Notes: generated by a model not told the origin, from the letters alone. Counted from the first letter of the stretch, positions 32,752-42,437 are shown. The stretch: 63,842 bases of DNA from an uncultured Gammaproteobacteria bacterium (GCA_964557125.1 CAZKYX010000001.1:1-63842); one strand, 5' to 3'. Translations and numbers: made by a program.

Positions 32752-33861
32752 TCACTTCAAAAAGCGGGGGGTGATGATATTTTTATCATCAACAAGTCCA
32801 TACTTTAAAAGCAGGGAGGTGAGTACTGGGGATTTTGTTACATAGAGTTGCCGCTTGGAAAACCCTTCATTTACCAAGGTTTCAATTTCATGAAATCCCA
32901 AAAGGTACGATGCATCTTTGGGAAATCCGCCAGCTTCACATGTGTCCTTTAGGCCGCGTTTTACTCTATACGTCATAATGTATGCTCTTGGTATAGGTAA
33001 GTCTTTTGCTAGGGTCTCAAAAATTTGACGAAAGCTTTTATGCAGCAATCTCACCGCTTTTATTCTATTAAAATACATCTCATAGGCGCTTGGGGTAATT
33101 TTTTTTGTCATAATTTCGTTGTATACGGCAAGGCCTTCTGAGTATAAATTCATATTTCCGTATTTGCATAACTCAACGAGGGGAGTTTTCGCACGTTTCA
33201 TATTTTCTGTCTGAAGAACGTGGCTTTCTATTTCATGGACCAAAAGCCTATCTACATTGCACTTGTGTCTTTTTATTTCACTTCCAATGCTTATCTTTTT
33301 ATACCCCGCATTTATCATGTGAGTCGCAAAGGAGTCTATCTCAACTTTAAAACTGTCTATGTTGTAACTTAGCAATTCTGTCTCAAACCTTTCTTTAATT
33401 TTTGCAGAGTTCTGCATGTTGTGATTGAAATGGAGATGGAAATAGTTTTTCGGAGTACTCGTGAGAATCACGTCCAATCGGTCAGTTCCCCAATCAAATA
33501 GGGAGTGTGCATACTCAGAGAATTTTTCTTTGCCTATATTTTTTTTCGTTAGGTAGAGTACTTTTTGGTCGTCAAGGTACTCGAGGATGTGTTCCTTTAG
33601 GTCGTCAGGAAGAGAGAGCTTGTCGGTTCTTTTTTTGAAGTTATCAATTGCTCTTTCAATATCTGGAAGTTGTTTTTCACTGTATGTAAATTTTGGATTG
33701 TAGGAGTCGGATTTTAAAAACGTATCCATTTCCTCAGTAAAATTTGTAGGAGTGAGTGATGTGGTTCCAATTCTTAAATCTTTTTTTGTTTCGATAACTT
33801 CTTTTGCTAACTGCTCGAATTCTTCTTTGGTTTTCTGGGAAATAATATTGTTAACTGACAT
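32752..33861 (-). CDS. DUF1704 / QEGLA-motif (MATCAP-like) zinc carboxypeptidase-like protein
   Basis: 369 aa. HEIESH (HExxH) and YSEGLAVYNE (QEGLA-type motif). Confidence 0.6.
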   Translation of the reverse strand: MSVNNIISQKTKEEFEQLAKEVIETKKDLRIGTTSLTPTNFTEEMDTFLKSDSYNPKFTYSEKQLPDIERAIDNFKKRTDKLSLPDDLKEHILEYLDDQKVLYLTKKNIGKEKFSEYAHSLFDWGTDRLDVILTSTPKNYFHLHFNHNMQNSAKIKERFETELLSYNIDSFKVEIDSFATHMINAGYKKISIGSEIKRHKCNVDRLLVHEIESHVLQTENMKRAKTPLVELCKYGNMNLYSEGLAVYNEIMTKKITPSAYEMYFNRIKAVRLLHKSFRQIFETLAKDLPIPRAYIMTYRVKRGLKDTCEAGGFPKDASYLLGFHEIETLVNEGFSKRQLYVTKSPVLTSLLLKYGLVDDKNIITPRFLK

Positions 33862-34236
33862 CTACTGCTACCATAATACCACTAAATTGAGGTGATGTCT
33901 TTGGTTATAGTTGAATTGCGGTTACAATTGCATCTTATTCGGTAATAATGGAGAGATTTTTGATTAGTGCTTAAAGTTGCGGAGTGCTAATGAAAGATAA
34001 CATTATTGGTTCAATAATGATTTAATGGCAAATTATATTTATCTAAAATACTTGCATAATTTTCAAATAAAAAAGTCTGTTTGAAAGAAAATATTTTTCG
34101 TTGAGAATTAAGAGTTTTGCTACCATGTTTGACAAACTGCGGGAATATATAGTAGTTTTTTGACTACATCAAAACATAACAGGAAAATTTTAACGAAAAA
34201 CGAAAAACGAAAAACAAATCACGAATAACTTAACGG

Positions 34237-34575
34237 TTACTTTATATCGAGGAGTTCTACATCAAAAAGGAGTGTAGCAAAAGGAGGAATAACCATTCCG
34301 GCTCCGTGTTCTCCATAACCCATTTCCGATGGAATCGTAAGTTTTCTTTTTCCGCCAATTTTCATTCCAACAACACCTTTGTCCCAACCTTCAATTACTC
34401 TACCAACACCAATTTTTGTTTCGAATGGAACACCTCTGTCAACTGAGGAATCAAACTTCTCCCCATCATCAAGCCAACCGGTATAGTGAATTACAACAGT
34501 GTCGCCTGATTTTACCTCACGACCGGTTCCAACTTTTTCATCTTCAATTTTTAATTCGGCAACATCTGATTTCAT
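34237..34575 (-). CDS. FKBP-type peptidyl-prolyl cis-trans isomerase
   Basis: 112 aa from ATG 34575. VHYTGWLDDGEKFDSS and GWDKGVVGMKIGGKRKLTIP. The ORF extension to 34713 runs through a low-complexity spacer. Confidence 0.85.
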   Translation of the reverse strand: MKSDVAELKIEDEKVGTGREVKSGDTVVIHYTGWLDDGEKFDSSVDRGVPFETKIGVGRVIEGWDKGVVGMKIGGKRKLTIPSEMGYGEHGAGMVIPPFATLLFDVELLDIK

Positions 34576-34712
34576 ACAAAAAATATTATACAGTATCAAG
34601 CGGACAGAAAACAGCGTACAGGACAAAGCGAGGACACAGCGGACAGATAACAGCGGACAGTTTTGTTTTCCAAAAAGTCCTGTACCCTGTACGCTATTAA
34701 CTGTGAGCTTCA

Positions 34713-34721
34713 TGCTATAAT
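34713..34721 (+). promoter_or_regulatory. extended -10 TGCTATAAT, 6 nt before ATG 34728
   Basis: Leaderless geometry. Confidence 0.4.
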
Positions 34722-34727
34722 GCCTTC

Positions 34728-36296
34728 ATGAATAGACAGTTGAATAGATACTCCGAATATTTAGTCAAAACTTTCCAAAAAGAAGCGGGAGATGCCCATG
34801 AAAAAAATAGTAGTGTAAATCCAATTGTTTCTGAATTAAGTCTTTGGTACGAAAAGATGCGCAACGCTATTGAGTATAGGGACGAAGAGGTTGTCATGCG
34901 AGCCAGCATTCAGAGAATGTTAAAGAGAAGACTTCTCATGGGAGCAACTGGTGCGAATGTAGCAGTGCCGTTGGTGCGCGAATTGATATGGGCCAGATAT
35001 TTGCCCGATGACACGGTTGCAGACGAAACAACAAAAACCGTTGCCGACATTATTGATTTTTATCAGGAGTTGGGAAAGAAAATAAATCTCACAAAAGAAC
35101 TTAAAAAAAAGGACGTCAATTCACTTATTTTTGAATTAATGTCAAGTGAAATAGAGCAGCATCTCAACCCGAACGATGAGGAGAAAGTTTTGGGCAATTA
35201 TATATACCATATTTTAAAAGACAACGTTCTTGCACCAGAGGAAAGTGAGGAAGACCGCGATGTTCAGGTTTTTATAGCGATTCGAAAAGCATATGCAAAA
35301 GATGATATAGCTTTTTTGCGTTTTCATTTATTTGTTCAGTACTTCGGAAAATTATACGGCGGTAACATATCAAAGATTGCAGACAGTTTTTCTGAGGCAT
35401 ACGCAAAAATAGAACAAGAATTAAATTATAAGGGACGCAATAAGGTATCTGCCTATATTAAAAAACAAATACCACCATTTCTCATACTTGAAGATATCTT
35501 AGTCAATACTACTGGGGATTTGAACGAGGCATTAAAAAACGAAGAGGAATTGAAAAAATTAGTATTTTCAACGAGTGAGAGAAAATATAGCAAAATTGTG
35601 GGAAAGGTAAGAAGGGCAATTGTGAGAAGTGTTATTTTTATTCTTCTGTCAAAAGTATTTTTTGCGTTTTCAATTGAAGGAACCTATGAAAGCCTTGTGT
35701 ATGGGCAGGTCCAATGGTTATCAATTGCTTTAAATATTATTATCCCGACACTGCTTATGATAACTGTAGGAATATTTATTAGAACCCCCAATAAAGATAA
35801 CTCTATGCGGATTTATCAAAGAATTACGACACTACTTTTTGACGAAGAACCAAAAGTTGGAAAGGCAATCACACTGCTTGAAAATCCCCAAACAAAGAAA
35901 TCATTCCTTAATAAATTCTTTAATTTTTTGTGGGGAGCAACCTTTATCGTTAGTTTTGGAGCGATTATATTTATCTTGTCAAAACTCCACTTCAATATCG
36001 TGAGTATGGGAATCTTTGCTTTCTTTCTCGCAATTGTTACTTTTTTGGCTTACAGAATTCGTATCACTGCACGTGAATACAATGTTGAGGATAGACAAGG
36101 ACTTTTGACTCCCTTGATAGATTTCTTCTTTATGCCTTTTGCAAGAATTGGAAGATATTTAACAGAGGGAATTTCTCAAATAAATATTCTCATATTTATA
36201 ATTGATTTTGCAATTGAAACTCCATTTAAAGTAATTTTAGAATTTTTCGAAAAGTGGTTCTTCTTCTTACATACAAAGAGAGAGGACTTGGGGTGA
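34728..36296 (+). CDS. hypothetical membrane protein (soluble N-terminal half, ~5 TM C-terminal half)
   Basis: 522-aa ORF. No motif recognised. Confidence 0.65.
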   Translation: MNRQLNRYSEYLVKTFQKEAGDAHEKNSSVNPIVSELSLWYEKMRNAIEYRDEEVVMRASIQRMLKRRLLMGATGANVAVPLVRELIWARYLPDDTVADETTKTVADIIDFYQELGKKINLTKELKKKDVNSLIFELMSSEIEQHLNPNDEEKVLGNYIYHILKDNVLAPEESEEDRDVQVFIAIRKAYAKDDIAFLRFHLFVQYFGKLYGGNISKIADSFSEAYAKIEQELNYKGRNKVSAYIKKQIPPFLILEDILVNTTGDLNEALKNEEELKKLVFSTSERKYSKIVGKVRRAIVRSVIFILLSKVFFAFSIEGTYESLVYGQVQWLSIALNIIIPTLLMITVGIFIRTPNKDNSMRIYQRITTLLFDEEPKVGKAITLLENPQTKKSFLNKFFNFLWGATFIVSFGAIIFILSKLHFNIVSMGIFAFFLAIVTFLAYRIRITAREYNVEDRQGLLTPLIDFFFMPFARIGRYLTEGISQINILIFIIDFAIETPFKVILEFFEKWFFFLHTKREDLG

Positions 36297-36314
36297 ATTG
36301 GGTTTCAGGTTTCA

Positions 36315-36344
36315 GGCGCCGCCCAGAGGGCTCTGCCCGGCGGG
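36315..36344 (+). repeat. GC-rich REP element inserted within a GGTTTCA heptad array
   Basis: GGCGCCGCCCAGAGGGCTCTGCCCGGCGGG, with GGTTTCAGG units on both sides. Confidence 0.85.
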
Positions 36345-36381
36345 TTTCAGGTTTCAGGTTTCAGGTTTCGGGCTTCAGGTT
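36343..36381 (+). repeat. heptad array (GGTTTCA)n
   Basis: GGTTTCAGGTTTCAGGTTTCAGGTTTCGGGCTTCAGGTT. Confidence 0.85.
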
Positions 36382-36691
36382 ACTTGATGCCGACAAAGTC
36401 TATCATGGGGAGAAGTGTTTTTATTTGATTTTTAAATTTATCTGAGAGACCAATTGAAAATTTTGAATATTGTCCGCTATTTTGGTGAGCAGTTAATTTC
36501 ATTTCATATTCACGAATAATTTCAAGAACTTTTTTCCCTTTTTCATTAAATTCATTTTTATGCTTATCATTGTCTTTCATGAATTTGTCGTGGATGTCCT
36601 TAAAATCAAGAATAGTATCCCTGTGTTCCTCCATCATCTGCAAGAAAAGTTGTTGATAGCGAGCTGCCATGAAAGAGATTTTATCAGACAA
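36380..36691 (-). CDS. hypothetical helical protein
   Basis: 103-aa ORF with a TTG start. An alternative ATG start lies at 36670. Confidence 0.5.
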   Translation of the reverse strand: MSDKISFMAARYQQLFLQMMEEHRDTILDFKDIHDKFMKDNDKHKNEFNEKGKKVLEIIREYEMKLTAHQNSGQYSKFSIGLSDKFKNQIKTLLPMIDFVGIK

Positions 36692-36708
36692 AATGATATA
36701 CTGTAAAG

Positions 36709-36819
36709 ATGAAAAACGTATTCAATGGTATGAATAAGCTGTCGTTCTACCTTGGTTTGCTGCTTATCATAATTGGAGTCGTATGGTGGCTTTTCTCAAA
36801 GGTGGTTAGTTGGTTCTGA
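36709..36819 (+). CDS. possible small membrane protein (36 aa)
   Basis: ATG..TGA ORF, MKNVFNGMNKLSFYLGLLLIIIGVVWWLFSKVVSWF, with one TM. Below the ORF-track cutoff. Confidence 0.3.
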   Translation: MKNVFNGMNKLSFYLGLLLIIIGVVWWLFSKVVSWF

Positions 36820-36833
36820 AAAAAATTATTTGT

Positions 36834-36903
36834 ACTTCTCAACTACGTTCGAAGAATACCTGTACTGAGCTTGTCGAAATATTGTTCGAGTGCAATCGAG
36901 AAC
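36834..36903. repeat. ~70-nt palindromic dispersed element, copy C
   Basis: Aligns end to end with 24095..24162. Confidence 0.75.
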
Positions 36904-36939
36904 TAAAGCCGTTCCGCTGCGTGATATAATATCTTCTCT

Positions 36940-37839
36940 ATGTATCAAATTCTTTTATATTACAAATATGTAAAAATTGAAAATCCGGTTGCTCTCATGC
37001 GTTCCCAGAGGAAGTTGTGCGAAAGACTCAATCTGACCGGAAGAATAATTGTTGCTGATGAGGGCATCAATGGAACAGTCGAGGGGACCCGCGAAAATAC
37101 GGAGCAATACATTACCGAAATGAAAAAAGATGACAGATTTTTTGATACACATTGGAAAAAGTCTGAGGGTACAGGGCGTGCTTTTCCGAGACTTTCTGTA
37201 CGGGTAAGAGAGGAAATTGTAAGCTTGCATCTTCATGAGAATGATTTAAAGCCTTGGAGTGTAACTGGTAAGTATTTAAAAGCAGAAGAGTTGCACGCGT
37301 GGATACAAAATAAGAAGGAATTTTTTATTGTTGATATGAGAAATGACTATGAGCATAAATCAGGACATTTTGAGAATTCAATTCTACCTCCAATGAGTAA
37401 TTTTCGAGATCTTCCAAAGCTATTACCGCTTTTGAATGACATGAAGAATAAAACAATACTTACTGTTTGTACCGGTGGGGTAAGGTGTGAAAAGGCATCT
37501 GGGTTTTTGGTTGAAAATGGATTCTCAGATGTGTATCAATTGCAGGGAGGAATTGTGAGTTATATGGAACTCTATCCAAACGAAAACTTTAAAGGGAAGC
37601 TATATGTTTTTGATGGGAGAGTGTTGATGGGATTTAATACAGGGGACAAAAAACATGAAGTTATTGGGAGGTGCGAAAAGTGTTTGGAAAAATCTGAAAA
37701 TTACATCAACTGCGATACGGTTGGATGTCACAGGCATTTTATACTATGCCAAAAGTGTATTGAAAATTTTGGTAAAGTGTGTCCAAAAGGGTGTGATTAC
37801 GTGAGGAAAAAGCAAAGAGAAAATCCAGTACATGGTTAG
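36940..37839 (+). CDS. trhO: rhodanese-domain protein of the UPF0176 / TrhO family (tRNA U34 hydroxylase-like)
   Basis: 299 aa. LLYYKY N-terminus, rhodanese active-site CTGGVRCEKA, C-terminal Cys cluster. Confidence 0.8.
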   Translation: MYQILLYYKYVKIENPVALMRSQRKLCERLNLTGRIIVADEGINGTVEGTRENTEQYITEMKKDDRFFDTHWKKSEGTGRAFPRLSVRVREEIVSLHLHENDLKPWSVTGKYLKAEELHAWIQNKKEFFIVDMRNDYEHKSGHFENSILPPMSNFRDLPKLLPLLNDMKNKTILTVCTGGVRCEKASGFLVENGFSDVYQLQGGIVSYMELYPNENFKGKLYVFDGRVLMGFNTGDKKHEVIGRCEKCLEKSENYINCDTVGCHRHFILCQKCIENFGKVCPKGCDYVRKKQRENPVHG

Positions 37840-37900
37840 GTGCCGCCCAGACGCCGTCCAGAAGGACTCTGTCCGGAGGAGGGCTCTGCCCGGCGGGTTG
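37839..37900 (+). repeat. composite (nested) REP, left copy of inverted pair A
   Basis: GGTGCCGCCCAGA[CGCCGTCCAGAAGGACTCTGTCCGGAGGA]GGGCTCTGCCCGGCGGGTTG. 61/62 identical to the reverse complement of 40421..40482. Begins with the G of the trhO TAG stop. Confidence 0.9.
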
Positions 37901-37936
37901 CAGGTTTTAGGTTGTAGGTTGTAGAATTAATACTCC

Positions 37937-39223
37937 GTGAAAAATAAATTGCTTACATTATTTCCTGCGTTTGAATCAAGAAATTATCGTTACTATTTTA
38001 TTGGACAGCTCATCTCCCAAATTGGAACATGGTTGCAAATTGTAGCCCAAGGGTGGCTTGTTCTGTCTCTTACAAAATCTTCATTACTAATAGGAGTAGT
38101 TGCTGCTTCAGGTACTCTGCCTTCGCTTTTATTTTCACTGTTTGGTGGCGTAATAGTTGACAGGGTTAACAAAAAAAATCTCATTGCTGCGACACAAGTT
38201 GGCTCTATGATTTTAGCTTTAATTCTTGGGGCTCTCGTGATACTAGACGTAATTACTGTATGGCAAATTATAGTGCTGTCGTTTTTGTTGGGTACTATCA
38301 ATGCTATTGATATGCCCGCACGGCAGGCATTTGTAAGTGAAATGGTGGAGGGCGAAAAAGTAGCGTCAGCAGTTGCACTGAATGCTTCTATATTTAATGC
38401 TGCGCGCGTTGTGGGTCCATCGATTGCAGGACTTCTTATTGCACTTGTCGGAACAGGTGGGGCATTCTTGCTCAATGGGTTTTCTTACATAGCTGCAATT
38501 GTTGTTCAGTTTTTAATTATTCCTCTTGCAATTTATCACAAAAAAACACATGCGCATCCATTAAAGGCGATAGGAGAGGGAATTTCATATACATGGTCAC
38601 ATCCAATCGTCAGATCTCTTATCATCCTTACCGCAGTCGTTTCTATATTCGGATGGTCTTATACAACTCTCATTCCGCTTATGGCACAAACTATTTTCCA
38701 TCAAGGAGCATCAGGTCTTGGCTATTTATTTGCAGCAGCTGGTCTTGGGTCGCTTCTTGCGACTTTCTTTGTTTCAGGGTTTGCAAATAAATTTAAATCA
38801 TCATTTTTTATCAATGGAGGAATTACATTATTTGCGATTTCAATGATAGGGTTTTCGTATACAGCAAACTTATACATTGCTTATGCAACATTATTTCTTG
38901 GTGGCTTCGGGCTTCTCGCGTCTTTTGCGATTATCAACGCACGATTACAGCATCTCGTTGAGCCACACGTAAGGGGTAGGGTGCTGAGTATTTACTTACT
39001 TATGTTTGTGGGACTTTTTCCCGTTGGGAATTTTCAAATAGGACTTGTTTCAGAGCAACTGGGTCCGCAAGTTGCTATTCGTATAGGTAGTGTAATAGTA
39101 CTTATAGCAGGCATTATTGGCTACTTTTTGAAGAATAGAATAAAAGAGTCACATGATGAGTATGTAAGTAAAAACGAGGCAATGAAAGGAACAAGAGAAT
39201 ACCTCGTTGAAAGTAACAAATAA
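37937..39223 (+). CDS. MFS transporter
   Basis: 428 aa, ~12 TM. GGVIVDRVNKK loop motif typical of MFS. Confidence 0.8.
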   Translation: MKNKLLTLFPAFESRNYRYYFIGQLISQIGTWLQIVAQGWLVLSLTKSSLLIGVVAASGTLPSLLFSLFGGVIVDRVNKKNLIAATQVGSMILALILGALVILDVITVWQIIVLSFLLGTINAIDMPARQAFVSEMVEGEKVASAVALNASIFNAARVVGPSIAGLLIALVGTGGAFLLNGFSYIAAIVVQFLIIPLAIYHKKTHAHPLKAIGEGISYTWSHPIVRSLIILTAVVSIFGWSYTTLIPLMAQTIFHQGASGLGYLFAAAGLGSLLATFFVSGFANKFKSSFFINGGITLFAISMIGFSYTANLYIAYATLFLGGFGLLASFAIINARLQHLVEPHVRGRVLSIYLLMFVGLFPVGNFQIGLVSEQLGPQVAIRIGSVIVLIAGIIGYFLKNRIKESHDEYVSKNEAMKGTREYLVESNK

Positions 39224-39243
39224 TCTCAGTAGTATTTATATCA

Positions 39244-39945
39244 ATGAATAGCGTGCAAAGGGATTTAAGAAAAATTGCAAATAGGCAAAGAGCAAAAGCA
39301 AGCGCATGGTTTTTTAAGACAGGTGAAGGACAATATGGATTCGGTGATAAATTTATAGGAGTAAGTGTTCCTGAGCAGCGAATAATAGCAAGAAAATATA
39401 AGGATGCCACCTTTGATGATATAAAGATACTTATTAGTTCTCCAGTTCATGAAGATAGGCTGGTAGCGCTTATCATACTTGTTGCGCAATTTAAGAAAGG
39501 GGACTTCATTACAAGAGACAAGATATTTGAGTTTTATTTTCTTCATTCCAGATTCGTTAATAATTGGGACCTTGTAGATATAAGTGCGCCAACAATAGTG
39601 GGAGAATTTCTTCTCGACAAAAAAATTACGTTACTATTAACACTCGCCAAATCTCAAAAGCTTTGGGAAAAACGAATTGCAATCATTGCCACATTAGCAT
39701 TTATTAGAAACCAAGAGGAAAAGCCCACTTTTCTTGTCGCGGATATTCTACTTGATGACAGGCAAGATCTCATTCAAAAAGCAGTAGGGTGGATGTTGCG
39801 TGAGGTGGGAAAAAATATTTCACCCGCCATAGAAGAAGAGTATTTGAAAAGCCGTTATAAAAGAATGGGGAGAACAGCACTCCGATATGCTATTGAGCAT
39901 TTTGAAGAGACAAAGCGAAAAAAGTATCTTTTGGGCAAAATCTAG
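39244..39945 (+). CDS. DNA alkylation repair protein (AlkD-like HEAT-repeat glycosylase family)
   Basis: 233 aa. KASAWFFKTGEGQYGFGDKFIGV and WDLVD motifs typical of this family. Confidence 0.75.
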   Translation: MNSVQRDLRKIANRQRAKASAWFFKTGEGQYGFGDKFIGVSVPEQRIIARKYKDATFDDIKILISSPVHEDRLVALIILVAQFKKGDFITRDKIFEFYFLHSRFVNNWDLVDISAPTIVGEFLLDKKITLLLTLAKSQKLWEKRIAIIATLAFIRNQEEKPTFLVADILLDDRQDLIQKAVGWMLREVGKNISPAIEEEYLKSRYKRMGRTALRYAIEHFEETKRKKYLLGKI

Positions 39946-40017
39946 TTAAGAGAAGAAGGAGGTATTGTGTCGGAAGATTGAAATTTCCTCAAGAGAAAAA
40001 TCGCTATCCTTTTTGCT

Positions 40018-40245
40018 CTACTGTCGTATTACATCTCTTTGAAAATTAGTTAGTGTTTCATTTTTTTCAAGAGACTTTGTGTGAATGTGAAAGAATGCAT
40101 GTAGAATTGTTTCGGGTAAGTCAATAATTTTAATAAGGACCTTGAAGAGTAGTCTGGCGGGTTTCCATTCAATAGTTATGTTTTCAATATCCCGAAAAGA
40201 GAAGACTGGCCATTCATCTATTATTGGTGTGTAGGTGTGTTTCAT
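40018..40245 (-). CDS. hypothetical small ORF, possibly a gene remnant
   Basis: 75 aa from the ATG. The frame stays open ~35 codons further upstream without a canonical start. Sits in a 535-bp otherwise non-coding stretch. Confidence 0.25.
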   Translation of the reverse strand: MKHTYTPIIDEWPVFSFRDIENITIEWKPARLLFKVLIKIIDLPETILHAFFHIHTKSLEKNETLTNFQRDVIRQ

Positions 40246-40363
40246 TCTGTCACCATTTAACCACCAGAGAAAAGCATTTTCAGTACGGAGTATTACTTTG
40301 AATATGTATGGTAGCTTACAAACTGATTCTAAATTATTGAAGTGAATTACGAGTTATGAATTA

Positions 40364-40413
40364 CTACAACCTACGCCGCTATGAAATAGCTAGTCCTCTT
40401 GGAGGGAAACCTA
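40364..40413 (+). repeat. 50-nt element, left copy of inverted pair B
   Basis: CTACAACCTACGCCGCTATGAAATAGCTAGTCCTCTTGGAGGGAAACCTA is the exact reverse complement of 42507..42556. Confidence 0.9.
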
Positions 40414-40420
40414 CAACCTA

Positions 40421-40482
40421 CAACCCGCCGGGCAGAGCCCTCCTCCGGACAGAGTCCTTCTGGACGGCGTCTGGGCGGCGCC
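40421..40482 (-). repeat. composite REP, right (inverted) copy of pair A
   Basis: Reverse complement of 37839..37900. Begins with the G of the crp-like gene's TAG stop. Confidence 0.9.
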
Positions 40483-41186
40483 TACAAATTGTCATGTATC
40501 GAGGTCTTGTCTTCCAACTTCTTTAAATCATGAATTGTCACTATTCCCTTTGCGATTGAGACAATTCCTTCATCCTCAAGCTTATTAAGGGCTACTGTCA
40601 CTGTTTCTCTGAATGAGCCAACAAATTCAGCTATTTTTTGATGGGTGAGGGGCAAGGGGAGGGTGTAGGTGCTGTTATTTTTCTCACCAAAGCGCTTAGT
40701 GCAGTCTGCCAAAAAATTACTGACCCGTGCTACTGTATCTGTCAACACAAATCCTTCAAGCTTTCTTTCTGTGTAATTCAGTCTGTCAATGAATATGTGC
40801 AAAAGGTCAATGAGATATTCCGGATGTTGCGCACAAGCTTCTAGATAGACATCTCGTGAAAGAGTTATAACCTCAACATCGGTAAGACTGTCTGCGTTGT
40901 GTTTGAGAACTTCGTCTTGAGAAGTAAGTGCTCTCACTCCAAGAATACTTCCGGGGCCATACAAATAAATAATAGAATCACGTCCATTTTCTGAAACCCG
41001 ATACAACTTTACAAATCCACTTTTTACAAAGTAGACTTTATCAGGAATGTCCCCTTCATAAAAGATGGTTGAGTTTTTTTTTATTTTTATAGCCGGCCTT
41101 TTAGAATACTTTTCAAAAAAGCTCGCAAAGTCAGGTTTTTCCCAGATTTTTTCTAATCTATTTATCAAAGCAGTACTTTGTATCAT
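40482..41186 (-). CDS. Crp/Fnr family transcriptional regulator
   Basis: 234 aa. cNMP-binding beta-roll (YFVKSGFVKLYRVSENGRDSI) and C-terminal HTH (THQKIAEFVGSFRETVTVALNKL). Confidence 0.85.
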   Translation of the reverse strand: MIQSTALINRLEKIWEKPDFASFFEKYSKRPAIKIKKNSTIFYEGDIPDKVYFVKSGFVKLYRVSENGRDSIIYLYGPGSILGVRALTSQDEVLKHNADSLTDVEVITLSRDVYLEACAQHPEYLIDLLHIFIDRLNYTERKLEGFVLTDTVARVSNFLADCTKRFGEKNNSTYTLPLPLTHQKIAEFVGSFRETVTVALNKLEDEGIVSIAKGIVTIHDLKKLEDKTSIHDNL

Positions 41187-41261
41187 AATTTGACAAATTA
41201 TAATACTTTGTAATCTCGATTACAAATTGTTTGTAAGCTAGATTACAATATTAAGAGAGAA

Positions 41262-42437
41262 TTATTCTTTTCTGCTTCTTTTTACGAGGTAGCCAGTACC
41301 AATAGCAATTGCAGTTCCTGCTGCAACGGCTGCTGCTCCTCCAATGGCAATAGCGCGAGGCGTGATATCAAATCCGTCCATACTTTTGGCAATTACTCCT
41401 CGTTCTCCAAATTCAAGCCCTGTATCAATTCCATTTTTCTTTAGAAATTTACTCATGTCACGAGCAAAAACAGGTAGCGTAATGAGTCTAACCTGTTCTT
41501 CGATAAATTCATCAATGGTTCGAATAAGTATTGGCTCCTTACGAGTATTTGAAAGTATGGGATATTTTGGCGGCTGCATTTCTCCCCTTAATGACTCAAA
41601 CAATTCATAAATTTCATCTTCAACTGGCTTCATAAGGTCTGTATGAAAAGCGACACATGATGTTGTTACGTCAAAGAACCTAAAATTAACATTAGGAAAT
41701 CTGTCTTTATATTCGTCTCGTGATTTTTTCAAATTATCTTCAGTTCCGCCAAGAATAAATCTCGTATCAGACATGTCTATTGCCAGTGAGACGGGCATTT
41801 CTCGTGGGAGAGTTTCCTCACGAATTCTATTGAGTATCTCTTTATCTTCGTCAATTCTTGGGTTTGCCTTTTCTTTAATTGCAATAAGCATGTGACCGCT
41901 TGGTGGGTTATTGTGTATTTTCTGCTGAATTTCTCCTCTTGTTTGGGCAATTTGGATAGTCGTAAGTACAGCGTCCCGAGTTTCTTTTTCTCCATACATA
42001 TCTGCATACCAACCGGCAGAAAGCACACCAGCGCTTTGACCAGAAACAGCAAATGGAGCGTTTGTTAATTCATCAGGATGAGCAAGAATGTGTGATAGAC
42101 AGGCTGAAATATTTGTTCCCGCTATTGCGGGTTGACCATGAATAGTATGCTTAAGGTCATCACTCGTGAGTGTCCTTAAGTCTTTTCCGAGAAGTCTTGT
42201 AATATCTGAGTAGAGATTTTCGATTGGAGCAAGTTGTCTGTATGCTCTTTCCATTCCTTCTTCCTGTGGAGAACCGTGGCCTGCAAAAAATACTGCGTAA
42301 TCCTCGAGGGGTTCATTTTCCTTGTAATCTCCGATTGGTACCACATCGGGCCGCGCGTGTGCGGGTGGCATTACAAATTTCGTGATAGAGTCTTTTGTTC
42401 TTGAAAGTCTTGATATGTATTCAGATTCCTTGCCCAT
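41262..42437 (-). CDS. FabD-like acyltransferase-fold protein with C-terminal TM anchor
   Basis: 391 aa. FFAGHGSPQ (compare FPGQGSQ), GQSAG (compare GHSLG nucleophile elbow), AFHTDLM (compare SHCALM). C-terminal AIAIGGAAAVAAGTAIAIGTGYLV followed by KRSRKE. Confidence 0.55.
   Translation of the reverse strand: MGKESEYISRLSRTKDSITKFVMPPAHARPDVVPIGDYKENEPLEDYAVFFAGHGSPQEEGMERAYRQLAPIENLYSDITRLLGKDLRTLTSDDLKHTIHGQPAIAGTNISACLSHILAHPDELTNAPFAVSGQSAGVLSAGWYADMYGEKETRDAVLTTIQIAQTRGEIQQKIHNNPPSGHMLIAIKEKANPRIDEDKEILNRIREETLPREMPVSLAIDMSDTRFILGGTEDNLKKSRDEYKDRFPNVNFRFFDVTTSCVAFHTDLMKPVEDEIYELFESLRGEMQPPKYPILSNTRKEPILIRTIDEFIEEQVRLITLPVFARDMSKFLKKNGIDTGLEFGERGVIAKSMDGFDITPRAIAIGGAAAVAAGTAIAIGTGYLVKRSRKE

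Noticed and set aside
34576-34713. 46-codon N-terminal extension of the FKBP gene.
   Set aside because: It runs through the ACAGCGGACAG low-complexity spacer and overlaps the divergent promoter at 34713..34721. FKBP homology begins at Met 34575.
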